From Gemmatimonadota bacterium (GTDB taxonomy: Bacteria > Gemmatimonadota > Gemmatimonadetes > Longimicrobiales > Gaopeijiaceae), in contig JBDNHE010000037.1 in assembly GCA_041688945.1 (NCBI GenBank), positions 28,952 to 92,951 of the forward strand: a stretch of 64,000 bases of DNA, given 5' to 3'. Position numbers and translations under genes: made by a program. Under the pieces are notes generated by a model. It was not told the origin of the DNA. It saw nothing but the letters and a program-made list of their open reading frames with translations, and ran no database searches. Within the stretch, counting starts at the first letter, position 1. Every line of letters begins with the position of its first letter. Below, piece by piece: positions 9,516-18,918 of this stretch.

Positions 9516-10903
9516 CAGGCGGCCTCCCCGGCGAGCTCGGTGAAACGCCGACCACGCGCCTCGTAGTTCTGGAACTCATCGAACGACGAACAGGCCGGCG
9601 AGAGGAGCAGAACATCCCCTTCTTTCGCTTCGCCACGCGCCACGGCCACAGCTTGGTCCATGCCACCCTCGACCCTCCACAACCGTTCCGGGTTCTGCAT
9701 GGCGGCGGTCAGGTCGTCGGCAAACCGGACGCCGGCTGCTCCGTAGCAGATGACCGCGCGAACGTGGCCGTCGAGTACCGTGATCAGCGGAGCCAGATCC
9801 TCGCCCTTGTCCTTCCCGCCAAGCAGGAGGACGATTGGGCGGGACAGGGAGGTTACGGCGCTGACCGTGGCCGCCACATTGGTGGCCTTTGAGTCGTTGA
9901 CCCAGAGTACGCCCCGTGATTCCCCGATGGGCTGCAGCCGGTGCGGGAGGGACCGAGCAGTGCGAAGACCGTCGCGGACGCCTTGAACGGAAGCGCCACC
10001 CAGGAGCGCCGCGAGGGCGGCGGCCAGGGCGTTGGCAACGTTGTGCCTTCCGAGCAGCGGAAGTTCGGAGACGGGGATCAGGTCGACCGGGCCGTCTCCC
10101 CTGCCCAGCGCGGCCAGATCCACACGGAGCGTCCCATCGGCCACCCAGGCGGCTGGCGGCGCCTGGCCTTCAATGCCCGACACCGAGAAGAGGTGCCGGT
10201 GGCCGGCTGCCGCTCCGGCCAACTCCAGCACCTCCGGCTGGTCGCCGTTCAGAACCCAGCGCGATGCCGCGGTGGCGTTCATGAAAAGGCGGGCCTTGTC
10301 GGCGTAATAGTCGTCGACCGAGGCGTAGCGATCCAAATGATCGGGTGCGAGACCGAGGAGCACGCCCACGTCGGGGCTGAAGTCGACGATGTCGGCCAGC
10401 TGGAACGAGCTCATTTCAAGCACCACGCAGGTGGCGTCGGGATGTTCGATGGGGAGCATCGAGGCGGCCGGGGCGAACCCGCCACCCACATTCCCACCCA
10501 GCGCCACATCCACCCCTGCACTCTTCAACAGATGGGCGATCAGCACCGAGGCGGTGGTTTTACCGTTGGTTCCGGTAACCGCGATCAGTGTGCCTTCGAG
10601 GAACCGAACGGCGAACTCAGGTTCAGCGATCCACGATCGACCACGGGCTCGCAGATCTCGAAAAACGGGAGCTGCGGGAGGGATGCCGGGCGAGGCGACG
10701 ATGACGTCGGCCGCGGCGATGCGGTCGATATCGTGGCTTCCGAGTTCGACATCGGCTCCGAGCTTTCGGAGGTCGGCTGCACGAGCTGAAGCTGCGGCGT
10801 CAGTCTTGAGATCCGAGACATGGACTTCACTTCCCTTTGAGAGGGCGAGGTGGGCCGCGGCAACGCCGCTGGCTCCGATTCCGAGAATGGCGACCGTGCT
10901 CAT
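9515..10903 (-). CDS. murD: UDP-MurNAc-L-Ala--D-glutamate ligase
   Basis: TGTNGKTT, LEMSSFQL, PDHLDRY, NDSKATN, SPACSSFDEF; ATGA overlap with the mraY stop. Confidence 0.98.
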   Translation of the reverse strand: MSTVAILGIGASGVAAAHLALSKGSEVHVSDLKTDAAASARAADLRKLGADVELGSHDIDRIAAADVIVASPGIPPAAPVFRDLRARGRSWIAEPEFAVRFLEGTLIAVTGTNGKTTASVLIAHLLKSAGVDVALGGNVGGGFAPAASMLPIEHPDATCVVLEMSSFQLADIVDFSPDVGVLLGLAPDHLDRYASVDDYYADKARLFMNATAASRWVLNGDQPEVLELAGAAAGHRHLFSVSGIEGQAPPAAWVADGTLRVDLAALGRGDGPVDLIPVSELPLLGRHNVANALAAALAALLGGASVQGVRDGLRTARSLPHRLQPIGESRGVLWVNDSKATNVAATVSAVTSLSRPIVLLLGGKDKGEDLAPLITVLDGHVRAVICYGAAGVRFADDLTAAMQNPERLWRVEGGMDQAVAVARGEAKEGDVLLLSPACSSFDEFQNYEARGRRFTELAGEAA

Positions 10904-12006
10904 CGAATCTTCAGCGTTGAGACGGCGACCATGGCGCACAGCAGACCCAGGATCCAGAACCGCGTCACCACCTTCGTCTCGGGCCAGCCGAGCTTTTCGA
11001 AGTGGTGGTGGATGGGTGCCATACGGAACACGCGACGACCTTCACCGAAGCGTCGCGCGGTGTACTTGTACCAACCGACCTGGATCATGACCGAGACGGT
11101 TTCGACCACGAAAACGCCCCCGATGATGACCAGGAGAAATTCGCTCTTGAGCAGGATCGCCATCACACCGATGGCCCCGCCGAGCGCCAGCGAACCCGTG
11201 TCGCCCATAAAGACGGAGGCGGGGTGCGCGTTGTACCAGAGGAAGCCGATCGCGGCCCCGGCCAGCGCGAGGGCGAAGATCGCCATCTCACCGGAGCCGG
11301 GGAGGTAGAAGAGGCCCAGGTAGGCAGAGGTGTCGACGCGGCCGGTCACGTAGGCGAAGAGCGCGAAGGTGGCGGCTGCGATCGCGGCCAGGCCGGCGGC
11401 CAGACCATCCAGGCCATCGGTCAGGTTCACCGCGTTCGACGAGCCGGCAATCACGGTGGCGACCAGGGCAACAAAGAGCGGTGTGGCCAGATTCAGGGCG
11501 TAGTCACTGAAGAAGGGGACGCCGGTCGAGGTCGACGGGTAGGCCGACATGGGTTGCATCACCAGATAAACGCCCAGCCCGATGCCGAAAGCGTACTGCC
11601 CGAGCATCTTGAAACGCCCGACCAGCCCATCCGTCTTCTTCTGGACGACCTTGAGGTAGTCGTCTACAAAGCCGATTCCGCCCATCCAGACCAGCGCGGC
11701 CATGCAGACCCAGGTGTACCGGTTCCCCAGATCTGCCCAGAGGAGCGTCGAGACGACGGCTCCCATGATGATCAGGGTCCCGCCCATGGTTGGGGTGCCC
11801 GCCTTCTGAAGATGAGACTCCGGCCCTTCCTCTCGAACCACCTGGCCCACGCGCAGCCGGGTGAGCCAGCGAATCATGGCCGGACCCATGACAAAGGCGA
11901 TCAGGAGCGAAGTCACGATCGCGCCCGCGGCCCGGAAAGTGATGTAGTTGAAGAGGTTGAAGACGATGTGGATGTCGGAGAGTCCCGGAAGGAGTGCGTA
12001 GAACAT
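10900..12006 (-). CDS. mraY: Phospho-MurNAc-pentapeptide transferase
   Basis: KAGTPTMGG, DDYLK, NAVNLTDGLDGL, FMGDTGSL, MAPIHHHFE. Confidence 0.99.
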   Translation of the reverse strand: MFYALLPGLSDIHIVFNLFNYITFRAAGAIVTSLLIAFVMGPAMIRWLTRLRVGQVVREEGPESHLQKAGTPTMGGTLIIMGAVVSTLLWADLGNRYTWVCMAALVWMGGIGFVDDYLKVVQKKTDGLVGRFKMLGQYAFGIGLGVYLVMQPMSAYPSTSTGVPFFSDYALNLATPLFVALVATVIAGSSNAVNLTDGLDGLAAGLAAIAAATFALFAYVTGRVDTSAYLGLFYLPGSGEMAIFALALAGAAIGFLWYNAHPASVFMGDTGSLALGGAIGVMAILLKSEFLLVIIGGVFVVETVSVMIQVGWYKYTARRFGEGRRVFRMAPIHHHFEKLGWPETKVVTRFWILGLLCAMVAVSTLKIR

Positions 12007-13478
12007 CAGTGCGCCTTCCCGTGGGCGGGTCCGGCAGCCGGATCATCGGCGGTGGCGGTGGTCCCTGTGGTAACGGTCGAGTCGCTCGGGGCATCGGTGG
12101 AGGACGCCAGGCCGAAGTCGGCTTCAAACTTCGGGAGCAGTGATTCCAACCGGACGCCGCGCGAGCCCTTGAGCAGGACGGTGGCGGGGCGCCCAGCGAG
12201 TGCCGTGGTCAGCGCGGTGTAGCCGTCCGCCGGATCGGCGATCCGAAGCAGCGTCTGCCCTGCAGCGACGATCGGCTCGGCTACCGCATCGCGCGTGTAG
12301 TCGCCCGTCGCGACCACGATCTCCAGGCCCGATGCGATCGCATGTGCCAGCGCATCGGTGTGCACCGCGTCCCGGCGATCCCCCATCTCGAGCATGCTGC
12401 CCAGAAAGGCTACGCGGACCCCGTCGCGAGCGGCCAGCAGGTCGATTCCGGCCTGCGTGCTCTGCGGGTTGGCGTTGTAGCAGTCCACGATCACCGACAC
12501 GTCGCCGAAGCTCCGGACCTCGTTGCGCATCCGGCTCGGCTTCACCGACTCAATTCCGCGGGCGGCATCGCGGACCGGGACACCCAGCCACTCGGCCGCG
12601 GCCAGGGCAAGCCAGGCGTCGTAGGCCACATGGCGTCCGGCAGACGCCAGCGTCACCGGCGTTCCGTTCCATTCAAAGGAAACCCGGCCCTCAGCGTCCA
12701 TTCGCACATTGGCGGGCCTGTGGCTCGCCTGCCCGCTCTCCCCGACCACGCCGACCTCCGGGACGATCTCCCGGGCACGGGCAGGGAGAGCAGCGGGAAG
12801 GTCCCCGACGATGGCAGCACCACCCTCGGCACGTCCCCGCAGCAGATCGAGCTTCTCTTCCATGACACCATCAAACGATCCCAGACGATCCAGATGGCTC
12901 TCTGACACGGTGGTCAGGAGTGCCAGGTCCGGGCGGGAGATCTTCGCGAGCCGGGCGATCTCGCCGGGCTCGCTGGTCCCCATCTCGATGATCACGACTT
13001 CAGCGTCGTCGGGTGCGGCGAGCAGCGTGAGCGGCACGCCGATCCGATTGTTCAGATTCCCTTCCGTCGCGTGTACTCGACGCACCCTCGAAGTGGCCGC
13101 CGTCAGGAACTCCTTGGTGGTGGTCTTTCCCGAAGATCCGGTAAGGCCCACGACCGGCACGGTCAGCGCGCGGCGGCGATGAGCGGCCAGATTGCCCAGC
13201 GCCATCAGGGTGTCGGGTACGCGGAAGAGCACCAGGTCCGCCGGCACATCGCTCGACGACGTAGAGATCACAGCGCCCACCGCGCCGGCTTCGGCAGCCT
13301 GCGGCAGGAAGTCGTGCCCATCGAAGTTGTCGCCGACCAGCGCCACGAACAGGTCGCCCTGCCCGATTGAACGGGTGTCGGTCGAAACACGGGTGAAGGT
13401 GCGGCCCTCATCGGAGAACGAGGGCTCGCTGCCCAGCGCCTCATGCACCTCGGCCTCGGTCCATCGGAAGAGGCTCAT
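12006..13478 (-). CDS. murF: UDP-MurNAc-tripeptide--D-Ala-D-Ala ligase
   Basis: TGSSGKTTTKE, NLNNRIGVPLTLL, DCYNANPQS, KGSRG; low-complexity C-terminal tail. Confidence 0.97.
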   Translation of the reverse strand: MSLFRWTEAEVHEALGSEPSFSDEGRTFTRVSTDTRSIGQGDLFVALVGDNFDGHDFLPQAAEAGAVGAVISTSSSDVPADLVLFRVPDTLMALGNLAAHRRRALTVPVVGLTGSSGKTTTKEFLTAATSRVRRVHATEGNLNNRIGVPLTLLAAPDDAEVVIIEMGTSEPGEIARLAKISRPDLALLTTVSESHLDRLGSFDGVMEEKLDLLRGRAEGGAAIVGDLPAALPARAREIVPEVGVVGESGQASHRPANVRMDAEGRVSFEWNGTPVTLASAGRHVAYDAWLALAAAEWLGVPVRDAARGIESVKPSRMRNEVRSFGDVSVIVDCYNANPQSTQAGIDLLAARDGVRVAFLGSMLEMGDRRDAVHTDALAHAIASGLEIVVATGDYTRDAVAEPIVAAGQTLLRIADPADGYTALTTALAGRPATVLLKGSRGVRLESLLPKFEADFGLASSTDAPSDSTVTTGTTATADDPAAGPAHGKAH

Positions 13479-14950
13479 GCGGTCCCCCTGCGTCGGAGGG
13501 CGGCAAGTGCAACGGCCTTTTCATTGAAGGCGCGCTTTTCAGTCCCGATCACCTGGTAGGCTTCGTGCCCCTTTCCAGCCAGAACGACCACGTCGCCGTC
13601 CTCGGCGTCTGCGATCGCCCGTCCGATGACCGTCGTGCGATCGACTTCACGGATGAAGGCCGCCTCGCCCAGTCCCGGCTGGATCTGGTCGAGAATCGAG
13701 TCCGGATCCTCGGTCCGCGGATTGTCCGACGTGAGGACGGCCAGGTCGGCGAATTCGGCGACGGCCTCGCCCATGGGTGCACGCTTGGCTACATCGCGGT
13801 CGCCACCCGCCCCAAAGAGGACGATCAATCGCTTGCGGGTGATCTCGCGCAGCGTCCCGAGTACGTTTCGCAGAGCGTCCGGGGTGTGCGCGAAGTCGAT
13901 GATCACGGTAACCGGCGAGTCAGCCACGACTTCAAGGCGTCCCGGGATTTGCGGGGCCGTCTCGAGCCGCTCGACCACGGTCTCGAGTGAGACCCCGAGC
14001 GCCAGAGCGGCGGCAGCAGCGGCCAGGGCGTTCTCGACGTTGTAGGCGCCGACCAGCGGCAGGCGGACGGCGGACCGCTCATCGCCCTGACGAATCAGGA
14101 ATCGCGTGCCGGAAGCACCGGCAACGATCCCTTCGGCGATCAGGTCGGCGTCGACATTCCCGGTGGCCGACCAGCTCAGCCGGCGGAAATAGGGCAGACC
14201 CTCCCAGGCAGCCTCGTCGGCGTTCACCACCAGCGTGCCATCCGGTCCGACCAGTTCGGCGAGGCCCCGCTTGGCCTTCGTGTAGTTGGCCAGATCGCCG
14301 TGGTAGTCCAGGTGATCCTGAGACAGGTTGGTGAAGACGCCGACATCAAAACGGACACCGGCCAACCGACCCTGATCGAGCGCATGCGACGAAGCCTCAA
14401 GTACGATCGCCTCGGTCCCCGCTTCGACCAGTGCGGCCATCCAGTTCGACAGCTGGACGGGCCCGGGCGTCGTCAGGCCTTCGCTGCCCGGCATGATCGT
14501 GCCGTCGGCCTGCATGACACCGAGCGTGCCGATGCTGGCAGTGGGGCGGTCGTGCGAAAGGATGTGTCGGAGAAGGGCCGTGGTCGTGGTCTTGCCGTTG
14601 GTCCCGGTAATCCCGACCAGGGACGCCTTCATCCATGGCGAGCCCGCCAGACAGTCGGCAATAAGCGCCGCTGCCCGGCGGCCATCATCAACGATCAGCT
14701 GCGGAACCGGCAGATCCAGTGCGCGCTCCACGACGGCGCCCACGGCTCCGGCACGGACCGCGTCAGCGACGAAGTCGTGCGCGTCAAAGGCGGTTCCGGC
14801 CCAGGCCAGGAACAGGTCGCCCGCCTTTACAGCACGAGAATCCTGAGCGGCCCCCAGAACGGCGGCGTCCTCCGAGCCGCGAACCTCTACCGAGAGGTCA
14901 GCAGCGCGGAGGAGCTGGGCGATCCCCTGAAGCGTGAAGGCGGGCTTCAT
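13475..14950 (-). CDS. murE: UDP-MurNAc-dipeptide--meso-DAP ligase
   Basis: TGTNGKTTT, EASSHAL, DHLDYH, DFAHTPDAL, meso-DAP motif DNPR, AGKGHE. Confidence 0.98.
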   Translation of the reverse strand: MKPAFTLQGIAQLLRAADLSVEVRGSEDAAVLGAAQDSRAVKAGDLFLAWAGTAFDAHDFVADAVRAGAVGAVVERALDLPVPQLIVDDGRRAAALIADCLAGSPWMKASLVGITGTNGKTTTTALLRHILSHDRPTASIGTLGVMQADGTIMPGSEGLTTPGPVQLSNWMAALVEAGTEAIVLEASSHALDQGRLAGVRFDVGVFTNLSQDHLDYHGDLANYTKAKRGLAELVGPDGTLVVNADEAAWEGLPYFRRLSWSATGNVDADLIAEGIVAGASGTRFLIRQGDERSAVRLPLVGAYNVENALAAAAAALALGVSLETVVERLETAPQIPGRLEVVADSPVTVIIDFAHTPDALRNVLGTLREITRKRLIVLFGAGGDRDVAKRAPMGEAVAEFADLAVLTSDNPRTEDPDSILDQIQPGLGEAAFIREVDRTTVIGRAIADAEDGDVVVLAGKGHEAYQVIGTEKRAFNEKAVALAALRRRGTA

Positions 14951-16911
14951 CTTGCCCCTCTTCGAGAGCGCAGCCGGATGGTGTCCCCGGGCGAAACCAG
15001 TTGACCTGGGGCCGGGAAGATCTCGTCGACCGACCCTCCCTCCCACACAACTCTCAGCCCTCGCTCGTGGATTCGCCGGACCGCGTCACGGATTGGCATC
15101 CCCTTCACATCGGGAACCCGGGTCTCGCCCGGCGCGGTCACGAACGCCGCAGGCACTTCATCTCGACGGACCGGTGCAGGCAGAGCCGCAAAGCGATTCG
15201 GACCCGTGGATCCGGCCGTCGCATCCGGAGCGAACGACGCCTGGCTGCGGATCAGAGCTCCACGATCCAGCGGAGTCTGGTGGATCGCGAGGGCGCCTTC
15301 CATGGTGGCGCGAATCACCGGGGCGGCGGTGGCGCCGCCGTAGTAGACGTTGGAATCGAGGTCGAATTTGACGAACACGACCAGCTGTGGATCATCCGCC
15401 GGGAAGTAGCCCGCGAACGAGGAGAAGTACCGACCCTGCTCGTAGCCGCCATTCCCCCATGCCCGCGCAGTCCCGCTCTTGCCGGCGACCTGGAAGGTCT
15501 CCAGCTGGGCGTTGGTGCCCGTGCCGTCCTCGACCACCGAGATCAGGACCTGCCCGATATCGTGCGCGATGCTCGCATTGACCACCTGGCGGATCACGCG
15601 GGGCGCGACTTGATCCACCACGCCGGGCGTGCGCTCCACCGAGAGGATCAGGCGTGGCTCCATCAGCAGCCCGCTGTTGGCCAGAGCGGCATACGCCATC
15701 GTCATCTGAATCGGCGTGACCGCGATCTCGTAGCCGATCGCAAGCGACTGGGGGGACTGGCCCGACCAGCGATCCGGGCGACGCAGGGTCCCCTGTACTT
15801 CACCAGAAATGGGCAGGCCCGTTTCGACACCAAAGCCGAAGTCGCGCAGATTCTCGTACTGCTCCTGGGCCGTCATTGGAAGCGCCGCTTTGGCCACGCC
15901 GATGTTGGATGAAACCCGCAGGGCGTCCGCGATCGTGATCAGGCCTTCGTCGTGCGTATCCGTGAGTGCGCGGCCATTGATCTGCCAGCGCCCCATCTCG
16001 GCGTCAACCGTGTCGGCCAGCGCGCCTCGCCCGTGTTTGAGCACACCCGCGATGGTGAATGGCTTGAGGGTCGAGCCGGGCTCGTACGGCGTATTCAGGG
16101 CCGAGAGAGCGTCGTACCGGCCTTCGGCCATCGACACCATCGCCAGGATCTCCCCTGTACGCGGGTCCGCGACGATCAGGTCGCCGCCATTCGCGCCGGT
16201 ACTTGCGACGGCCTCGCTGAGTGCCTGGTGGGCGATCTCCTGAAGGTCCAGATCGATGGTCAGCTGGACGTCGCCACCGGCAATCGGCTGGGCGACCTCG
16301 TAGACCTGACCGGGAATCGGATTGCCTGAACCGTCGCGGGCCATAACCTGTCGGCCCGGCACGCCAGCCAGAACATCCTCGAACCATTGCTCGATCCCGC
16401 CCCGGCCGACGCCATCCTGCACCCGCCCAAGGATCCCGCGAGCCAACTCCCCATGGGGATAGTCCCGCTGAAGTTCGCGGGTGATGTGGATCCCGGGTAC
16501 ATCCTTGAGTGCCTCTCGCTCCACCGGGCTGTAGCGGCCGGGAAGCTGCACCCACTTGCGGCTGGTATCCATCGCGGCACGGGCGCGATCCCGGGAAACA
16601 CCCAGGGTCTCCCGGAGCAGGGTCTGAACTCTTTCGGGATCCAAAACGTTCTGCGGAGTAACGCTGATGATGAACGTTTCGCGACTGACGGCAAACGGAA
16701 CGCCATCCCGATCCAGAATTCGACCGCGAGCAGCCGGAATCGCCGCGCTCATGCGCTGCTGTTCCGCTGCCTTTTCGCGCCATTCGGACGCGCCCAACAC
16801 CTGCATGTCGGCGGCTCGGGTCAGGATTGCGGCTCCCGACAGAAGCCAGACACCCAACAGCACGCGTCGGCGCAGGTTCAGACGAGGGCAGGCACGGTCA
16901 AAGCGGCTCAT
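14947..16911 (-). CDS. ftsI: Class B penicillin-binding protein FtsI with C-terminal PASTA domain
   Basis: RGRILDR, SxxK (PGSTLK), SxN (SSN), KSG; start at ATGA overlap with ftsL. Confidence 0.95.
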   Translation of the reverse strand: MSRFDRACPRLNLRRRVLLGVWLLSGAAILTRAADMQVLGASEWREKAAEQQRMSAAIPAARGRILDRDGVPFAVSRETFIISVTPQNVLDPERVQTLLRETLGVSRDRARAAMDTSRKWVQLPGRYSPVEREALKDVPGIHITRELQRDYPHGELARGILGRVQDGVGRGGIEQWFEDVLAGVPGRQVMARDGSGNPIPGQVYEVAQPIAGGDVQLTIDLDLQEIAHQALSEAVASTGANGGDLIVADPRTGEILAMVSMAEGRYDALSALNTPYEPGSTLKPFTIAGVLKHGRGALADTVDAEMGRWQINGRALTDTHDEGLITIADALRVSSNIGVAKAALPMTAQEQYENLRDFGFGVETGLPISGEVQGTLRRPDRWSGQSPQSLAIGYEIAVTPIQMTMAYAALANSGLLMEPRLILSVERTPGVVDQVAPRVIRQVVNASIAHDIGQVLISVVEDGTGTNAQLETFQVAGKSGTARAWGNGGYEQGRYFSSFAGYFPADDPQLVVFVKFDLDSNVYYGGATAAPVIRATMEGALAIHQTPLDRGALIRSQASFAPDATAGSTGPNRFAALPAPVRRDEVPAAFVTAPGETRVPDVKGMPIRDAVRRIHERGLRVVWEGGSVDEIFPAPGQLVSPGDTIRLRSRRGAR

Positions 16912-17192
16912 TTTCTCGCCCCGGCCAGAATGACCTGTTCGCCGGCGCCTGCGACATGCATGCCCAGCCGGGCCCGGGCTTGAGGCACCACGTGTGCGCG
17001 ACTGACCAGGTAAACAACCTGCGCCTCTATATCGAGGCGCTCGGCCTGGGCCAGGGAGATCTCGTTCCGCGCGTTGTCCAGGTCGCCCATGACCTCGAAC
17101 GCCCTGCCCTGTCGCCAGGCGACCAGAGAGAGTGAGGCGAGAAAGGCAGCCACGGAGACCGCTACGCGCATGGGAGTGCCGACGCGGTTCAT
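16908..17192 (-). CDS. ftsL: Cell division protein FtsL
   Basis: Small TM plus coiled-coil protein ending ARARLGM, located between rsmH and ftsI. Confidence 0.75.
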   Translation of the reverse strand: MNRVGTPMRVAVSVAAFLASLSLVAWRQGRAFEVMGDLDNARNEISLAQAERLDIEAQVVYLVSRAHVVPQARARLGMHVAGAGEQVILAGARK

Positions 17193-18115
17193 GCCGCATT
17201 CCTCCAAGCCCGAAGCAGCGCGCTGCGAGCACGCGGATTCCGCTGGATCTCGGCCTCGTCCGCCCGAATCGGCTTCCGAGTGATCGTCTCACCCAGTGCT
17301 CGACCCCTGCAGTGGCAGATCGGCGCCTCAGGTGGGCAGATGCATGACCTGCTCCACTCACGGAAGGTGTGCTTCACGATCCGATCTTCGAGCGAGTGGT
17401 AAGCGATGATCGCGACTACGCCGCCCTTGGTGAGGACTTCCAACGCCACATCCAGAACCTTCTCCAGAGCCTCGAGTTCGCCATTTACGGCGATGCGGAG
17501 GGCCTGGAAAATCCGTGCCTTGTCCGACGTGTTCGGCGGACGGGGGTAGACGTGATAGAGAATCCCGACCAGGTCATCGCTGGTGGCCATGGGCGTGTCC
17601 ACGCGCCGGCGTACGACTTCACGAGCGATGGCCCGTGAACGGCGGTCCTCTCCGTAGCGGTAGAAGATCCGTGCCAGCTCCTCTTCCGATTCCTCGTTGA
17701 GGAGGTCAGCCGCCGTACGTCCCTCGCTGGACATGCGCATGTCGAGCGGTGCACCGGCGCGAAAGGTGAAGCCCCGGCGGTCCTCGTCGATCTGGTGCGA
17801 CGAAACGCCCAGATCAAGAAAGATCCCCTCGACACCTCGGTCGCGGACTTCGATGTCGTCGCCCAACTCGTCAAAGCGCGCCTGGATAAAGCGGACACGT
17901 GACCGGAACGCCCCCAGACGGCTTTTGGCCTCGGCAAGTGCCTCGGGGTCGCGGTCGATCGCCAACACGCGGCAATCAGCGCACGCCTCCAGGAGCATCA
18001 GGGAATGCCCGCCCCCACCCACAGTACCATCGACGATCAGCGCCCCGGCAGCCGGAGAGAGTACGGCTACCGACTCGGGGCCGAGGACCGGAGCATGGTA
18101 GCCGGTGTCGGTCAT
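17189..18115 (-). CDS. rsmH: 16S rRNA m4C1402 methyltransferase
   Basis: HAPVL, DGTVGGGGHS, DLGVSSHQID, PLDMRM, FQALRIAVN, YHSLEDRIVK, NPRARSA. Confidence 0.98.
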   Translation of the reverse strand: MTDTGYHAPVLGPESVAVLSPAAGALIVDGTVGGGGHSLMLLEACADCRVLAIDRDPEALAEAKSRLGAFRSRVRFIQARFDELGDDIEVRDRGVEGIFLDLGVSSHQIDEDRRGFTFRAGAPLDMRMSSEGRTAADLLNEESEEELARIFYRYGEDRRSRAIAREVVRRRVDTPMATSDDLVGILYHVYPRPPNTSDKARIFQALRIAVNGELEALEKVLDVALEVLTKGGVVAIIAYHSLEDRIVKHTFREWSRSCICPPEAPICHCRGRALGETITRKPIRADEAEIQRNPRARSALLRAWRNAA

Positions 18116-18543
18116 CCGAAGATCTGGTGTGCGAACTGAGTGAGGCCCTCGCCCTGTGCGTCCTCGACCGTGCTCGTGTAGAGCTGCGGGTTCCACAACT
18201 CAACCCGATCAATATTTCCGATAAGGAGCACCTGGCCCTCAAGGGTCGCGTCGGCCTGCAGCCAGGAGGGCACGAGGATCCGTCCCTGCTTGTCCGGCGA
18301 TACCGGCTGCGCACCGGCCGAAATCTGGCGCACGTGGTTCCATGCCGCCGGATTGCCCTTTCTGAACTCCTTGAGCTTCACCTGGATCGCCGTCCACTCG
18401 GCTTCCGGGAAGAGGGTCAGGTAGGGCTTCTCCCACTGCAGCAGCACAAAGCGATCCCCGTCCGCCTCCCGACGGAAGGCGGACGGGAGGGACAGGCGTC
18501 CCTTCTCGTCCATCTGATGCTCGTAGCGCCCGTGAAAGTTCAC
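18112..18543 (-). CDS. mraZ: dcw transcriptional repressor MraZ
   Basis: Two DxxGR motifs (DEKGR, DKQGR), RVELWN; first gene of the dcw cluster. Confidence 0.97.
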   Translation of the reverse strand: MNFHGRYEHQMDEKGRLSLPSAFRREADGDRFVLLQWEKPYLTLFPEAEWTAIQVKLKEFRKGNPAAWNHVRQISAGAQPVSPDKQGRILVPSWLQADATLEGQVLLIGNIDRVELWNPQLYTSTVEDAQGEGLTQFAHQIFG

Positions 18544-18625
18544 GTGGAGTGGGCCGGTGGGGGATGAAGTGGGGCGAAATGGTACTGAATGGAATAAAGG
18601 TACCCCGCCAACCCACGACGCGCAA
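18544..18625 (-). promoter_or_regulatory. dcw sigma70-type promoter and downstream MraZ-box array
   Basis: Minus strand TTGCGC-N17-TACCTT (18625-18597); RTGG-type boxes at a 10-bp period at 18549, (18559), 18569, 18579, 18589 on the + strand. Confidence 0.65.
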
Positions 18626-18773
18626 GCATGTTTTTTGGGAATTATTCAGGATTGGCGAACGGATGCCGAGGCCCTCGAAGCCCGCGCCACTGCTTGCTTT
18701 TGAGACTTTCATAGCGTCAGGCCACAAACCCAATTCCGAACGAAACCCGAAGGCCGGCAAGGTAAGAATCTGC

Positions 18774-18800
18774 CCCATCCCACTTCTCCCCACGGCTCAC
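18774..18800 (-). promoter_or_regulatory. Second, upstream MraZ-box cluster
   Basis: Minus strand GTGAG-CC-GTGGG-GAGAA-GTGGG-ATGGG, i.e. GTGGG-N5-GTGGG. Confidence 0.5.
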
Positions 18801-18839
18801 CCGGAGGGGCGAAAGCGGTCCTTTCAATGGCTGGTGGGC

Positions 18840-18877
18840 AAAAAAAAACGGCGCCGCAGGTTTCCCCGCGGCGCCGT
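18840..18877 (-). terminator. Intrinsic terminator after the TPR gene
   Basis: ACGGCGCCGC/GCGGCGCCGT stem with a long T run on the minus strand. Confidence 0.8.
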
Positions 18878-18918
18878 CACCTTCATTTCCCGGTCAACCC
18901 GGGAGGCCCATCTCCGTC

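Noticed and set aside
14947-17361. 804-aa extended FtsI (and similar extended murE, rsmH and kinase starts)
   Set aside because: The extensions overlap upstream genes; start/stop overlaps mark the shorter true starts.
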